A DNA stretch of 45,935 bases, from the IMG/VR virus record IMGVR_UViG_3300032254_000010, positions 1 to 45,935 of that record. The stretch is one strand, 5' to 3'. A program made the translations under genes and the position numbers. Shown piece after piece: positions 15,981 through 24,653 of this stretch. How positions within the stretch are numbered: the first letter of the stretch is position 1; each line of letters opens with the position of its first letter. This DNA is from a virus. Its lineage: Duplodnaviria; Caudoviricetes. The notes beneath the pieces are model-generated. The model was not told where the DNA came from, ran no database searches, and worked only from the letters and a program-made list of their open reading frames with translations.

Positions 15981-17610
15981 TTGTGGATCTAAAGATAACT
16001 TAGCCGTGTACACAGATGGAACTTATTGTTTTGGGTGCAAAGTACCTTCTAAAACCTCAGAGCATGGAGAAGAGATCATTGATGTTAGTACTGAACCTAA
16101 AAGAGATTATAATTTTATGTTAAAAGAAATAGCTGGCTTATCTAGTTCATCTTTAGACTCTAGAAAGATTAATAAAGATATAGCTGAGAGATATGGAGTT
16201 AAGATTGAGTACGATCAATCAACAGGATTACCTATTAAATATTACTTCCCTTACCGCAAGGGCAATGAAATCGTAGGGTACAAGGTTAGATCTGTACTAG
16301 AGAAAGACTTTTATGCTGTAGGTAGTACCTCAGGAACGGAGTTATTCGGGCAGCACCTTGTCGGAGAAGGAGGTAAGCTTCTCATTATCACAGAAGGCGA
16401 AATGGATGCTTTAGCAGCCTACCAGATGTTAAAAGACTGTGGTAAAAATTATAAAGTTGTCTCGATACCTAATGGATCATCGTCAGCAGCAGCAGCAATT
16501 AAGAATAATATAGAATTTTTAGAAGATTTTGAGACTATTATGATTAATTTTGATTCAGATAAAGCTGGTCAAGAGGCTACTAAAGACGTTGTTGATATCT
16601 TTAGTCCAGGTAAAGTTAAAATTATGACGTTACCTGAGAAAGATGCTAACGATATGATTCTCAATAATCATAAAAGTGTTGAGTATTTACGTGCAATTCA
16701 AGCGGCTCAGACGTATCGACCGGATGGTATTGTACAATTAGCAGATGCATGGGATTTAATGTGGGAATCTAATTCTCAAGAATCAATTAAATATCCTTGG
16801 GAGGGTCTCAATGAGAAGCTGTACGGGATGCGTAAACGTGAGATTATAACACTAACTTCTGGTTCAGGTATGGGTAAGTCTGCTGTTACAAGAGAACTCA
16901 CCCACCACTTACTTAAAAATACAGAAGACAATATAGGAGTCCTAGCCCTTGAAGAATCCGTATCAAGAACAGCTTGGGGAGTTGTCAGTGTCGAGGCAAA
17001 TCTCCCTCTCAGTATCAGAGAAGAGCGCTTTGGAGTTTCTAAAGAAGATATTCGGAAATGGTTCAATTCAACAATTGGTACAGGAAGGATATTCACACTT
17101 GACCATTTCGGTTCAACAAGTGAAAATACTCTATTAAGTCGTGTCAGGTACATGATTAAGTCTTTGGACTGTAAATGGGTAATTCTAGACCATTTAAGTA
17201 TTGTAGTATCTGCTATGGAAGATGGCGGAGATGAGCGTAAGACTATTGACTCAATTATGACACGACTAAGGCAGCTAGTCGAAGAAACTGGCGCTGGCCT
17301 TATTCTTGTATCGCATTTACGTAGAGCATCTGGAGACAAGGGACATGAACAAGGTCATGAAGTCTCTTTGTCGCATTTACGAGGTAGTCAATCTATAGCG
17401 CAACTCAGTGATGCTGTTATTGCCCTTGAACGAGATCAACAGGCAGACGATGATAAGTTAGCTAATCTTACGAAAGTTCGTGTACTTAAAAACAGGTACG
17501 CAGGATTGACTGGACTAGCTTGCTCACTGTATTATGATAAAAACACAGGAAGATTAACAGAGATTTTAAACATAGAAGAATTCTTAGGGATTAAACCTAA
17601 GGATTTTTAA
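15949..17610 (+). CDS. T7 gp4-like DNA primase-helicase
   Basis: Zn finger CPDC..CFGC, TOPRIM ITEGEMDA and FDSDKAG, Walker A GSGMGKS, LDHLSI, LVSHLRR, LRGSQSIAQLSD, KNRYAGLTG. Confidence 0.95.
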   Translation: MLIKSKQPCPDCGSKDNLAVYTDGTYCFGCKVPSKTSEHGEEIIDVSTEPKRDYNFMLKEIAGLSSSSLDSRKINKDIAERYGVKIEYDQSTGLPIKYYFPYRKGNEIVGYKVRSVLEKDFYAVGSTSGTELFGQHLVGEGGKLLIITEGEMDALAAYQMLKDCGKNYKVVSIPNGSSSAAAAIKNNIEFLEDFETIMINFDSDKAGQEATKDVVDIFSPGKVKIMTLPEKDANDMILNNHKSVEYLRAIQAAQTYRPDGIVQLADAWDLMWESNSQESIKYPWEGLNEKLYGMRKREIITLTSGSGMGKSAVTRELTHHLLKNTEDNIGVLALEESVSRTAWGVVSVEANLPLSIREERFGVSKEDIRKWFNSTIGTGRIFTLDHFGSTSENTLLSRVRYMIKSLDCKWVILDHLSIVVSAMEDGGDERKTIDSIMTRLRQLVEETGAGLILVSHLRRASGDKGHEQGHEVSLSHLRGSQSIAQLSDAVIALERDQQADDDKLANLTKVRVLKNRYAGLTGLACSLYYDKNTGRLTEILNIEEFLGIKPKDF

Positions 17611-17654
17611 ATATATCTCTGCATTGAGTATCAAGAAAACGAGGGGGAGATATT

Positions 17655-17885
17655 ATGCGTCTTAGAATTAAATACATTGAGAATATTGGCTATTTCAGCC
17701 AAGTAAAAAAAGGTTTGTTTTCTAACTGGAAAACTATTAGCAGCCATCTTAGTGGGTACGGTCTTTATTCAAATAATCATATTGAGTACCTACTTAAAAC
17801 AAGAGGGCAGGCTCTGGCTTTGTGTAAGATATATGAGCAGTGGGTGTACAACATCGACCAACAAGCCATATATTTTAAGGTATAA
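17655..17885 (+). CDS. Hypothetical protein
   Basis: RBS GGGGGAG, 76 aa. Confidence 0.65.
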   Translation: MRLRIKYIENIGYFSQVKKGLFSNWKTISSHLSGYGLYSNNHIEYLLKTRGQALALCKIYEQWVYNIDQQAIYFKV

Positions 17886-17911
17886 CACCAAAAACCGAGG
17901 GAGAAATAAAA

Positions 17912-18511
17912 ATGAAATATGAATTAACAACAAACAGCATTTTTAGGTTAGGCCGAACTTTATACCAAATAAAAGCATTAGTGTCTTTTGGTGATATAGA
18001 GAAAGGTGATCTAGGTGGGTATATAGAGAAAGAGGGCAACTTAAATCAAGATGGTGATGCTTGGGTTTCTGGTAATGCTTGGGTTTCTGGTAATGCTCTG
18101 GTTTATGGTGATGCTTGGGTTTCTGGTAATGCTCTGGTTTATGGTAATGCTCTGGTTTATGGTAATGCTCGGGTTTATGGTAATGCTCGGGTTTCTGGTA
18201 ATGCTCTGGTTTCTGGTGATGCTTGGGTTTCTGGTGATGCTTGGGTTTCTGGTAATGCTCTGGTTTATGGTGATGCTTGGGTTTCTGGTAATGCTAGTGA
18301 AACGCCGATCCATATCTCAGGACTTCCATATATTATCACTATTACAGACACACAAATAAGAATAGGCTGTCAGATTCACGCGATAAATGAATGGGAAATG
18401 TTCACTGATTTAGAGATAGAAGCAATGGATGGAAAAGACGCGATCAGTTTCTGGATAGAAAATAAAGAAGTTATTATGTCTTTGGCTAATAACCATAAGG
18501 TGGAGAAATAA
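17912..18511 (+). CDS. Phage protein with hexapeptide G(N/D)AxV(S/Y) repeats (beta-helix-like)
   Basis: KYELT...LYQIKAL..FGD..KGDLGGYIEKE N-terminus, repeat core, IRIGCQIH...W C-terminus. Confidence 0.8.
   Translation: MKYELTTNSIFRLGRTLYQIKALVSFGDIEKGDLGGYIEKEGNLNQDGDAWVSGNAWVSGNALVYGDAWVSGNALVYGNALVYGNARVYGNARVSGNALVSGDAWVSGDAWVSGNALVYGDAWVSGNASETPIHISGLPYIITITDTQIRIGCQIHAINEWEMFTDLEIEAMDGKDAISFWIENKEVIMSLANNHKVEK
18053..18295 (+). repeat. 18-nt coding tandem repeat
   Basis: GGT(A/G)ATGCTNNGGTTT(C/A)T units. Confidence 0.9.
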
Positions 18512-18512
18512 A

Positions 18513-18803
18513 ATGTCACATACTAAATTACCGTGGAAAGTGTATGAGGATGGGTTTGGTTTTTCTAACGGCATAGAAGCCAAAGATTCTAGTATTGTTC
18601 GTTTCGGTGAATGCGTTCCGACAAAAGAAGATGCCGCCTTTATAGTTAAAGCATGTAACAGCCACTATCAGTTATTATTAGAATTAACCAAGTTAACGGG
18701 ATTTATTAATAAACAACAATTCCTTGGCTACCTTAATCATCCTGAGTGGATAACAAGAGTAGAAAAAGCACAAGAAGCAATAAAACAAGTGGGGGTGGAG
18801 TAA
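18513..18803 (+). CDS. Hypothetical phage protein
   Basis: HTxxPW...DAAFIVKACNSH motif common in small phage ORFs. Confidence 0.7.
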   Translation: MSHTKLPWKVYEDGFGFSNGIEAKDSSIVRFGECVPTKEDAAFIVKACNSHYQLLLELTKLTGFINKQQFLGYLNHPEWITRVEKAQEAIKQVGVE

Positions 18804-19009
18804 TGAAACTAAGCGAAAGAATAAAAGATTACCGAATAGATAGGCCGGATGAATGGACTATGGATTCACTTGCTGGGTATGCGATAAGTCTTGAAGAAAG
18901 CAATGAAAACTTATTAGATGCGCTAAAAAGTCTATATGAAAACTGTGAAGCAGCAGGAAGGTATCTTGATAAAGCGAACAAAGCAATAAAAGAAGCGGGG
19001 ATACTATGA
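18803..19009 (+). CDS. Hypothetical protein
   Basis: TAATG coupling; MKLSERIKDYRIDRPDEW. Confidence 0.65.
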   Translation: MKLSERIKDYRIDRPDEWTMDSLAGYAISLEESNENLLDALKSLYENCEAAGRYLDKANKAIKEAGIL

Positions 19010-19167
19010 ACGAAAAACAACAAAAAGAGCAAGAGCTTAAACATCTTCATCAAACAATTGACAAGATAGAAGAGTGTTACAACGAAGCATGGACAAATGA
19101 AGACGGTGATACCGTGCTTGCAGAGCGCCACGCAACACAAATAAAAGTATTATTGGAGTTTGCATAA
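19006..19167 (+). CDS. Small hypothetical protein (53 aa)
   Basis: ATGA and TAATG coupled on both sides; MNEKQQKEQELKHLH... Confidence 0.6.
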   Translation: MNEKQQKEQELKHLHQTIDKIEECYNEAWTNEDGDTVLAERHATQIKVLLEFA

Positions 19168-19589
19168 TGAAACCTTTAAAAGAAAGAATAGCAATAGAAC
19201 AAGCCTACTTAGACGGCGAAAAGGTGCATTTTAAGCCTAACCAATGTGAAGTAGTTGGTTACGGTGGAACGCTTAAACGCGGTGAGGATGCTGTTTTTAA
19301 TTGGAATGAGTGTGATTATTGGGTAGAAGAAAAACCATTCGAGGGTTGGGTTAATATCTACGCTAGTGGAGCATGTTATATATACAGAAACGAAGAATCG
19401 GCACTAGCAATGATGAAAAGTAACGTAGTAATGAAAACCATAAAAGTAGTAGAAGCAGATAAGCTTAGGCGACTAGAAGAAAAGTTAGAGCGGGTTTATA
19501 ACTGCGGAATGAGGATTGCCTCATTCCCGTCTGCCCACATTCTAGCGAAAAAAGAATTAACGGAGATAATGCACGGATACGAACAATGA
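19167..19589 (+). CDS. Hypothetical protein
   Basis: QAYLDGEK..FNW..DY..EGWVNIY motif pattern; coupled to neighbours. Confidence 0.7.
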   Translation: MKPLKERIAIEQAYLDGEKVHFKPNQCEVVGYGGTLKRGEDAVFNWNECDYWVEEKPFEGWVNIYASGACYIYRNEESALAMMKSNVVMKTIKVVEADKLRRLEEKLERVYNCGMRIASFPSAHILAKKELTEIMHGYEQ

Positions 19590-19741
19590 AATACGAAATA
19601 AGAAATCTAATTAATGTTACATACCAAGTTTATGAGTACACAGAAGATTCTGAAGAAGATGAAGGTATTTGCGTTTATCAAGGCAGCCTCTCAGAATGTG
19701 AAGCTTACTTGAACTTTCTTTATAAGGGTACTTTACAATGA
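19586..19741 (+). CDS. Small hypothetical protein (51 aa)
   Basis: ATGA overlaps at both ends; MKYEIRN...VYQGSLSECEAYL. Confidence 0.6.
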   Translation: MKYEIRNLINVTYQVYEYTEDSEEDEGICVYQGSLSECEAYLNFLYKGTLQ

Positions 19742-20229
19742 AACTGGTATTCGACATAGAGGCTAATGGCTTTTATGAAGAAGCAGATACGATATGGTGT
19801 ATAGTCGCTAAAGACATAGATACAGGGTACATGTACATATTCGATGACTCTTCTCAGTTCAAGAGCGTAAGACATGGTATTTCTGTGATTGAAGACGCAG
19901 ATGAATTGATCGGTAACAATATAATTGATTATGATCTCCGTCTAATTAAAAAGATATTTCCTGATTTTAAACCTAAGGGTTTAATTACAGACACGATGAT
20001 ACTATCTCAGATACTTCAACCAGATAGGGCTGGAGGACACTCACTAGAGGCAGCAGGAGAACGTATGGGACGTTCTAAACCTGAACATGAGGATTGGTCT
20101 CAGTTCAGTCCAGAAATGCTTCATAGGTGCTCTGAGGACGTTGAGATAAATGAACTGTTTTACAAAGAATTACTAAACGAAGCTTATGAAGATGTACAAG
20201 GTATTCCTTACGAGAGGATCTTTTTATGA
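19738..20229 (+). CDS. DNA polymerase A fragment 1: 3'-5' exonuclease domain
   Basis: ExoI FDIEANG, ExoII GNNIIDYDL, DTMILS, HSLEA, ExoIII RCSEDVE. Confidence 0.9.
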   Translation: MKLVFDIEANGFYEEADTIWCIVAKDIDTGYMYIFDDSSQFKSVRHGISVIEDADELIGNNIIDYDLRLIKKIFPDFKPKGLITDTMILSQILQPDRAGGHSLEAAGERMGRSKPEHEDWSQFSPEMLHRCSEDVEINELFYKELLNEAYEDVQGIPYERIFL

Positions 20230-20672
20230 GACCTAGTAAGATGAATGGGCTAAAGAACATATACGGGGCTAGAATGAAACATATTATATACAATGCAATC
20301 AGAACTCCAGATGGGACTATTTTAGAGTCTCACTCAACTCATGATTACAAAACATATCAAGACTTAAATGGAAAAGAATACATGATTGATGGCGGTAAAT
20401 CTTATGTACGTTCTTCAGTCAACGGTGACGAAGAGTACTTGACAGTCTATGGTGATGAACCTCATGAGAAAATACGAGAAGTCTTTACATGGGGAACTTA
20501 CGGTAAATACAGTGATCAACCTCTTAAGTTTATTGCTCTTAAGACTATTAAAGATAATCACCTTCCCGCTATATTAGAGACTCAAATACACCTTGATCCA
20601 CATATCCGTAAAATATTTGAAGATGAAATTAATTACCGCATGACAGAAAAAAAGGTGACTAAGGATAGCTAA
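20226..20672 (+). CDS. Hypothetical phage protein inserted between polymerase fragments
   Basis: NAIRTPDGTILES...HDY...IDGG.SY.R, WGTYG; unrelated to polymerase. Confidence 0.7.
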   Translation: MRPSKMNGLKNIYGARMKHIIYNAIRTPDGTILESHSTHDYKTYQDLNGKEYMIDGGKSYVRSSVNGDEEYLTVYGDEPHEKIREVFTWGTYGKYSDQPLKFIALKTIKDNHLPAILETQIHLDPHIRKIFEDEINYRMTEKKVTKDS

Positions 20673-20769
20673 CGTATTCTTTACCTCAGATCTACATTTT
20701 GGACATGATAATTTAGATGAATTAAGGGGTGAGATCAATGATAAAAAGATCTTTACAAACAGCGTTTGA
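20665..20769 (+). pseudogene. N-terminal remnant of a calcineurin-like metallophosphoesterase
   Basis: Frame reads (ATA)IANVFFTSDLHFGHDNLDELRGEINDKKIFTNSV*; contains the DxHxGH motif but has no ATG start. Confidence 0.6.
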
Positions 20770-21472
20770 GAATGAATCAATCGTAAGGAGGATTTTAAGT
20801 GAACAGACACAAGCAGGGGTCAGATTCGATGTCAAAAGAGCCAATAGGTATTTGGCATATATCGAGCAAAAAAAATCACAATTATACAAGCAAATTCGTC
20901 CTATGTTACAGCTTGAGGTCATCAAGCCTTACAGTGCACCTGTTAATAAACCATTCCTCAAAAATGGCTCGTATTCGAGTACGTCACAGAAATGGTACGG
21001 AGATTCTGTTGACATTGTCGGAGGCCCGTTTACAAGAGTTGAATTCAAAGAACCAGATATCGGAAGTCGTCAAAAGCTACAGTCTCAACTCCTCAGATTG
21101 GGGTGGAAACCACGACACTTTACTGAAAAAGGCAATCCAAAACTTACCGTTAATTCTCAACCGTGTGAATCACTAAGTGAGATTGATTCTCAGGTCGGGT
21201 CAGATATAGCGTTGTGGTATGTACTAGCACACAGAGAGTCTCAAATCAACGGTTGGCTGAGTCATGTCAGACCTAATGAGAGGATTCCTCAGGAGGCTTT
21301 TACAATAGGTACACCTACCTATAGGATGAGACATAAGATCCTTGTAAACGTCCCTAAGGCTGCTAAACACGTAGTATTTGGTAAGCAGATGAGATCATTG
21401 TTTACTGTACCGAGGGCTGCTGAAGGCATGAAACTATATATAGAATGGAAGGAGAAAGATAATGCCTTATAA
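20738..21472 (+). CDS. DNA polymerase A fragment 2: thumb / N-terminal polymerase region
   Basis: EQTQAGVRFD, GSRQK...GWKPRHFTEKGNPK, HRESQINGWL, GTPTYRMRH...NVPK...GKQMRSLF. Confidence 0.9.
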   Translation: MIKRSLQTAFENESIVRRILSEQTQAGVRFDVKRANRYLAYIEQKKSQLYKQIRPMLQLEVIKPYSAPVNKPFLKNGSYSSTSQKWYGDSVDIVGGPFTRVEFKEPDIGSRQKLQSQLLRLGWKPRHFTEKGNPKLTVNSQPCESLSEIDSQVGSDIALWYVLAHRESQINGWLSHVRPNERIPQEAFTIGTPTYRMRHKILVNVPKAAKHVVFGKQMRSLFTVPRAAEGMKLYIEWKEKDNAL

Positions 21473-21713
21473 GAGGACACCTAAAGTAGCAGGTGAGACT
21501 TATTTTGCTGGGATGGATTGTACATGCATGGCGTATAATGAAAGTGAATGCTGCTGTGATGTTGATTGGACAGACGAAAAAGTGTATGTTCTACGAGAGA
21601 GAATAGGTAAACTTGAAACAGCGCTTAAAGAGATTATTCAGATTAGCGATTATACTAATGCAGGTGATAATTGTAAACTACTGGCTATAGAGGCTCTTGA
21701 AAATGAAACCTAA
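21462..21713 (+). CDS. Cys-rich hypothetical protein inserted between polymerase fragments
   Basis: RBS AAGGAG; DCTCMAYNESECCCDVDW followed by a coiled-coil. Confidence 0.7.
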   Translation: MPYKRTPKVAGETYFAGMDCTCMAYNESECCCDVDWTDEKVYVLRERIGKLETALKEIIQISDYTNAGDNCKLLAIEALENET

Positions 21714-22386
21714 AGTTATGGTTGGCCACGATGCCTCTGGACTAGAACTCAGAATGTTAGCTCATTATTTGAATGATCCTAAATTCACTAAGGCTGTAAC
21801 AGAAGGAAAGGAGAGTGAGGGAACAGATGTCCACACAATCAATCAAGAAATGGCAGGATTACCCACAAGAGATCATGCAAAGACGTTTATCTATGCGTTC
21901 AATTATGGAGCAGGGGATGAAAAAATTGGAAGCATTATTGGAGGATCTCGTAAAGAAGGGAGGAGAATTAAATCTAGATTCCTTAGAGCTAATCCGAAAC
22001 TGGCAGACCTTATCAAGCGTGTACAGCGTGCTGGAGAAAGAGGATGGTTACTAGGCTTAGACGGACGGAGAATTCATCTAAGACGTGATTTCCAGGGAAA
22101 GGTACAAGTACATAAGGCGCTTAATACTCTCTTACAAGCAGCTGGAGCTGTTGTAATGAAGCATTCTATTGTTTTATTAGATCAATATATAAAGGAAGAA
22201 GGTCTCAGTTCCATTAAACTAATTGATATGCACGATGAGGCACAATTCGAATGTCTTCCAGAAGAAGCAGAGAGACACGGAGAACTTGCAGTACAAAGTA
22301 TCAGAGATGCTGGTACATTACTAGAACTTAATTGCCCGTTAGACGCTGAATACAAGATTGGTGCTAATTGGGCTCAGACGCATTAA
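21703..22386 (+). CDS. DNA polymerase A fragment 3: catalytic palm/fingers (Tyr762 type)
   Basis: Motif A DASGLELR, DVHT, motif B RDHAKTFIYAFNYG, ALNTLLQ, motif C MHDE, IGANWAQTH. Confidence 0.93.
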   Translation: MKPKVMVGHDASGLELRMLAHYLNDPKFTKAVTEGKESEGTDVHTINQEMAGLPTRDHAKTFIYAFNYGAGDEKIGSIIGGSRKEGRRIKSRFLRANPKLADLIKRVQRAGERGWLLGLDGRRIHLRRDFQGKVQVHKALNTLLQAAGAVVMKHSIVLLDQYIKEEGLSSIKLIDMHDEAQFECLPEEAERHGELAVQSIRDAGTLLELNCPLDAEYKIGANWAQTH

Positions 22387-22408
22387 TGCATTAAAAATAA
22401 TTAAATAT

Positions 22409-22441
22409 TGATTAGACAAAACACGTTAAAATTGGTAATAT
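22409..22441 (+). promoter_or_regulatory. Copy 3 of the repeated promoter motif, upstream of the sigma-like gene
   Basis: TGAT-TAGACA-N17-TAATAT with TGG extension. Confidence 0.6.
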
Positions 22442-22463
22442 CTATAATACCTAAGGAAATAAT

Positions 22464-23189
22464 ATGAGTAATACAAGTAATACAGTTAATATTAAAATAG
22501 ATGATAAATTCATTGATGATTATACTAATCATGTGTATGATTTATTGTATTTAAAAGATCATAGTCTATCTGAAGAAGATTTCTTTGATCTTAAACAAGA
22601 AGTATTTTACAAGGCTTTACTATACCAAGATTACTACGAGAAAGATAAAGGTTCTATAAGTACTTGGTTAGGTTTGTTAGTTACACATGTTTATGACAGG
22701 TATCTAAGAGACAAGCAGCCTAGTGATGTAGCATCTTTATCAGATGATGATAGTACTGAGGCTTATACAGTAACAAAAGATGATTTACTGCATGATGTGA
22801 ATTCACATTATTATTACAGTAATAAAGAAGAGATAGATAAATACATCAACATGCTTCCTAACAAGCAGCGTAAGGTGGTTTATTTTAAACTGATCTTAGG
22901 GTATAACTTCTCTGAGATTAGCTCTGAGGTAGGCTCTACGGAGTCTACAAATAGAACTAACTTCGAGGTAGGTATTAAAAACCTGAAGAAGTTATTAGAA
23001 TCCGATTCACCAGAAGAAGTTAATCTCGTAGAGAGCAAAATACTTAAACCTTATGGAGATAAAACTTATTCTGGGGACTGGGCATGGCGACCCAATGAAA
23101 GTCCTGATAGGTGTGCTGGGGACGTTAAAATCTTCTCGCCTGAAGAAGTGAGACAGTACTGTCAGGAGAATACCTTAAATTATGTTTAA
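22464..23189 (+). CDS. ECF/sigma70-family sigma-factor-like protein
   Basis: Region 2-like DLKQEVFYKA...GSISTWL...DRYLR; region 4-like LPNKQRKVVYFKLILGYNFSEIS. Confidence 0.7.
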   Translation: MSNTSNTVNIKIDDKFIDDYTNHVYDLLYLKDHSLSEEDFFDLKQEVFYKALLYQDYYEKDKGSISTWLGLLVTHVYDRYLRDKQPSDVASLSDDDSTEAYTVTKDDLLHDVNSHYYYSNKEEIDKYINMLPNKQRKVVYFKLILGYNFSEISSEVGSTESTNRTNFEVGIKNLKKLLESDSPEEVNLVESKILKPYGDKTYSGDWAWRPNESPDRCAGDVKIFSPEEVRQYCQENTLNYV

Positions 23190-23207
23190 CACTAAAGGAA
23201 AACAAAT

Positions 23208-23792
23208 ATGAGCTTAAATTTAGCAACAATTGAAGAATCAGCAAAGAAAACAGATTTTGGTCGGTTAGAAGATGGCCCTCACTTAGCACGTATTGTATCT
23301 GTAGTTGATTTTGGTGAACAAGATCAAACTGATTACCAGACAGGTGAAGCTACATCACCAAAGAAACGTGTAATGATTACTTATGAAACACCTAACGATT
23401 TCATCACGTATGTAAAAGATGGTGAAGAAGTAACAAAACCACGTTGGGTGTCTAAAGAGTACACTTTATCAATGCATGAGAAGTCAGCGTTGTACAAGTT
23501 AGTGAAAACAATTGCACCTGATGCTAGTTCGCTGGATGAGTTACTTAACTTACCTTGTATGATTACGATTGCTTCAACATCAGGTAATAAGGCAAAAGTA
23601 GACGCTGTTTCATTACCAATGAAGGGAACTGTTGTCCCTGAATTAGAGAATGAGACCTTCCACTTCGATTTCTCTGAACCAGATATGGACTTATTTAATA
23701 AGCTCCCAGAATGGCAGCAGAATAAGATCAAGGAAGCTAATGATTACGATGGATTTGCTAATGATGAAGAAAATAAGGCGGTTAATTTCTAA
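23208..23792 (+). CDS. Probable single-stranded DNA-binding protein
   Basis: ARIVSVVDFG.Q, ITYE, SKEYTLSMHEKSAL, LPEWQQ.KI; acidic tail ending in F; replication-module context. Confidence 0.6.
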   Translation: MSLNLATIEESAKKTDFGRLEDGPHLARIVSVVDFGEQDQTDYQTGEATSPKKRVMITYETPNDFITYVKDGEEVTKPRWVSKEYTLSMHEKSALYKLVKTIAPDASSLDELLNLPCMITIASTSGNKAKVDAVSLPMKGTVVPELENETFHFDFSEPDMDLFNKLPEWQQNKIKEANDYDGFANDEENKAVNF

Positions 23793-24653
23793 ATGAAATT
23801 CAAGAATGTGTTCGTAGACAGCGATCCCATTCTTTACTCCGTAGGATTCGCTACCCAAAAGAATATTTATAAAGTCTGGGTACAAGGACATCAAGGCGAT
23901 CCGAGTTTTGTTTGCACTGACAAACGATGGCTGAACAAGATACTAAAGGATGAAACAGATTACATTATCCACAAGTATATTTATGTTCAGCCATTTCTTT
24001 CTGCAAGCATCACTGTTGACCAAATAATTGAAGCGTACAAAAAGAAGTTCGGTACGAAAAATATTCATTTGTTCTTCACAGGTAAAGATAATTTCAGGGA
24101 TAATATCGCAACTATACAGCCTTACAAAGGCAATAGAGACTCTTCCCATAAACCAGTCCACTATGATGCTATTAAGGAGTACATGATTAAGAAGCATCGT
24201 GCAGAGATTATTGATGGACAAGAAGCTGATGATGAGGTTTCTATACGTCAATCTTATGAGGACAAGGGGACTTCTGTTATAGTCAGTATTGATAAAGATC
24301 TTGATATGGTAGAGGGGTATCATTACAATCCAACTAAAGATTTATTGTACAGAGTAGTAAAGATTGATGGAATGCGTTGGTTTTATGAGCAAATGCTACA
24401 AGGCGACTCTACTGACAATATTCCAGGTATTAAGGGGATAGGTAAGAAAACAGCTCAGAAATTACTTGCTGGTTGCCTTACTGTAGAGGAAATGGAAAAC
24501 GTTGTTTACGAAAAATACAAAGGGTATTACGATGATCCAGAGTCTGCTTTCCTCGAAGTAGGGAGACTTCTTTGGATGCGTCTAGACTATAATCAAGTCT
24601 GGTATCCATTATTCATGGGAGGGCCTAAGATTGAAACTCAAAATGATTGTTGA
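23793..24653 (+). CDS. 5'-3' exonuclease (T7 gp6-like / RNase H)
   Basis: VDSDPILY, NFRD, YKGNR, EADD, SIDKDL, GDSTDNIPGIKGIG. Confidence 0.92.
   Translation: MKFKNVFVDSDPILYSVGFATQKNIYKVWVQGHQGDPSFVCTDKRWLNKILKDETDYIIHKYIYVQPFLSASITVDQIIEAYKKKFGTKNIHLFFTGKDNFRDNIATIQPYKGNRDSSHKPVHYDAIKEYMIKKHRAEIIDGQEADDEVSIRQSYEDKGTSVIVSIDKDLDMVEGYHYNPTKDLLYRVVKIDGMRWFYEQMLQGDSTDNIPGIKGIGKKTAQKLLAGCLTVEEMENVVYEKYKGYYDDPESAFLEVGRLLWMRLDYNQVWYPLFMGGPKIETQNDC

Noticed and set aside
16776-17339. 187-aa antisense ORF in the helicase, and similar short ORFs nested in terL, nrdJ, capsid and virion genes
   Set aside because: Fully overlapped by well-supported genes, with no motifs or RBS
18041-18359. ORFs 18041..18313 (-) and 18051..18359 (+)
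   Set aside because: Shadows of the 18-nt hexapeptide repeat
20230-21702. Group I/II introns or inteins in the polymerase
   Set aside because: The gaps are almost fully occupied by overlapping ORFs, with no room for a ribozyme core and no intein motifs seen; not formally excluded without RT-PCR
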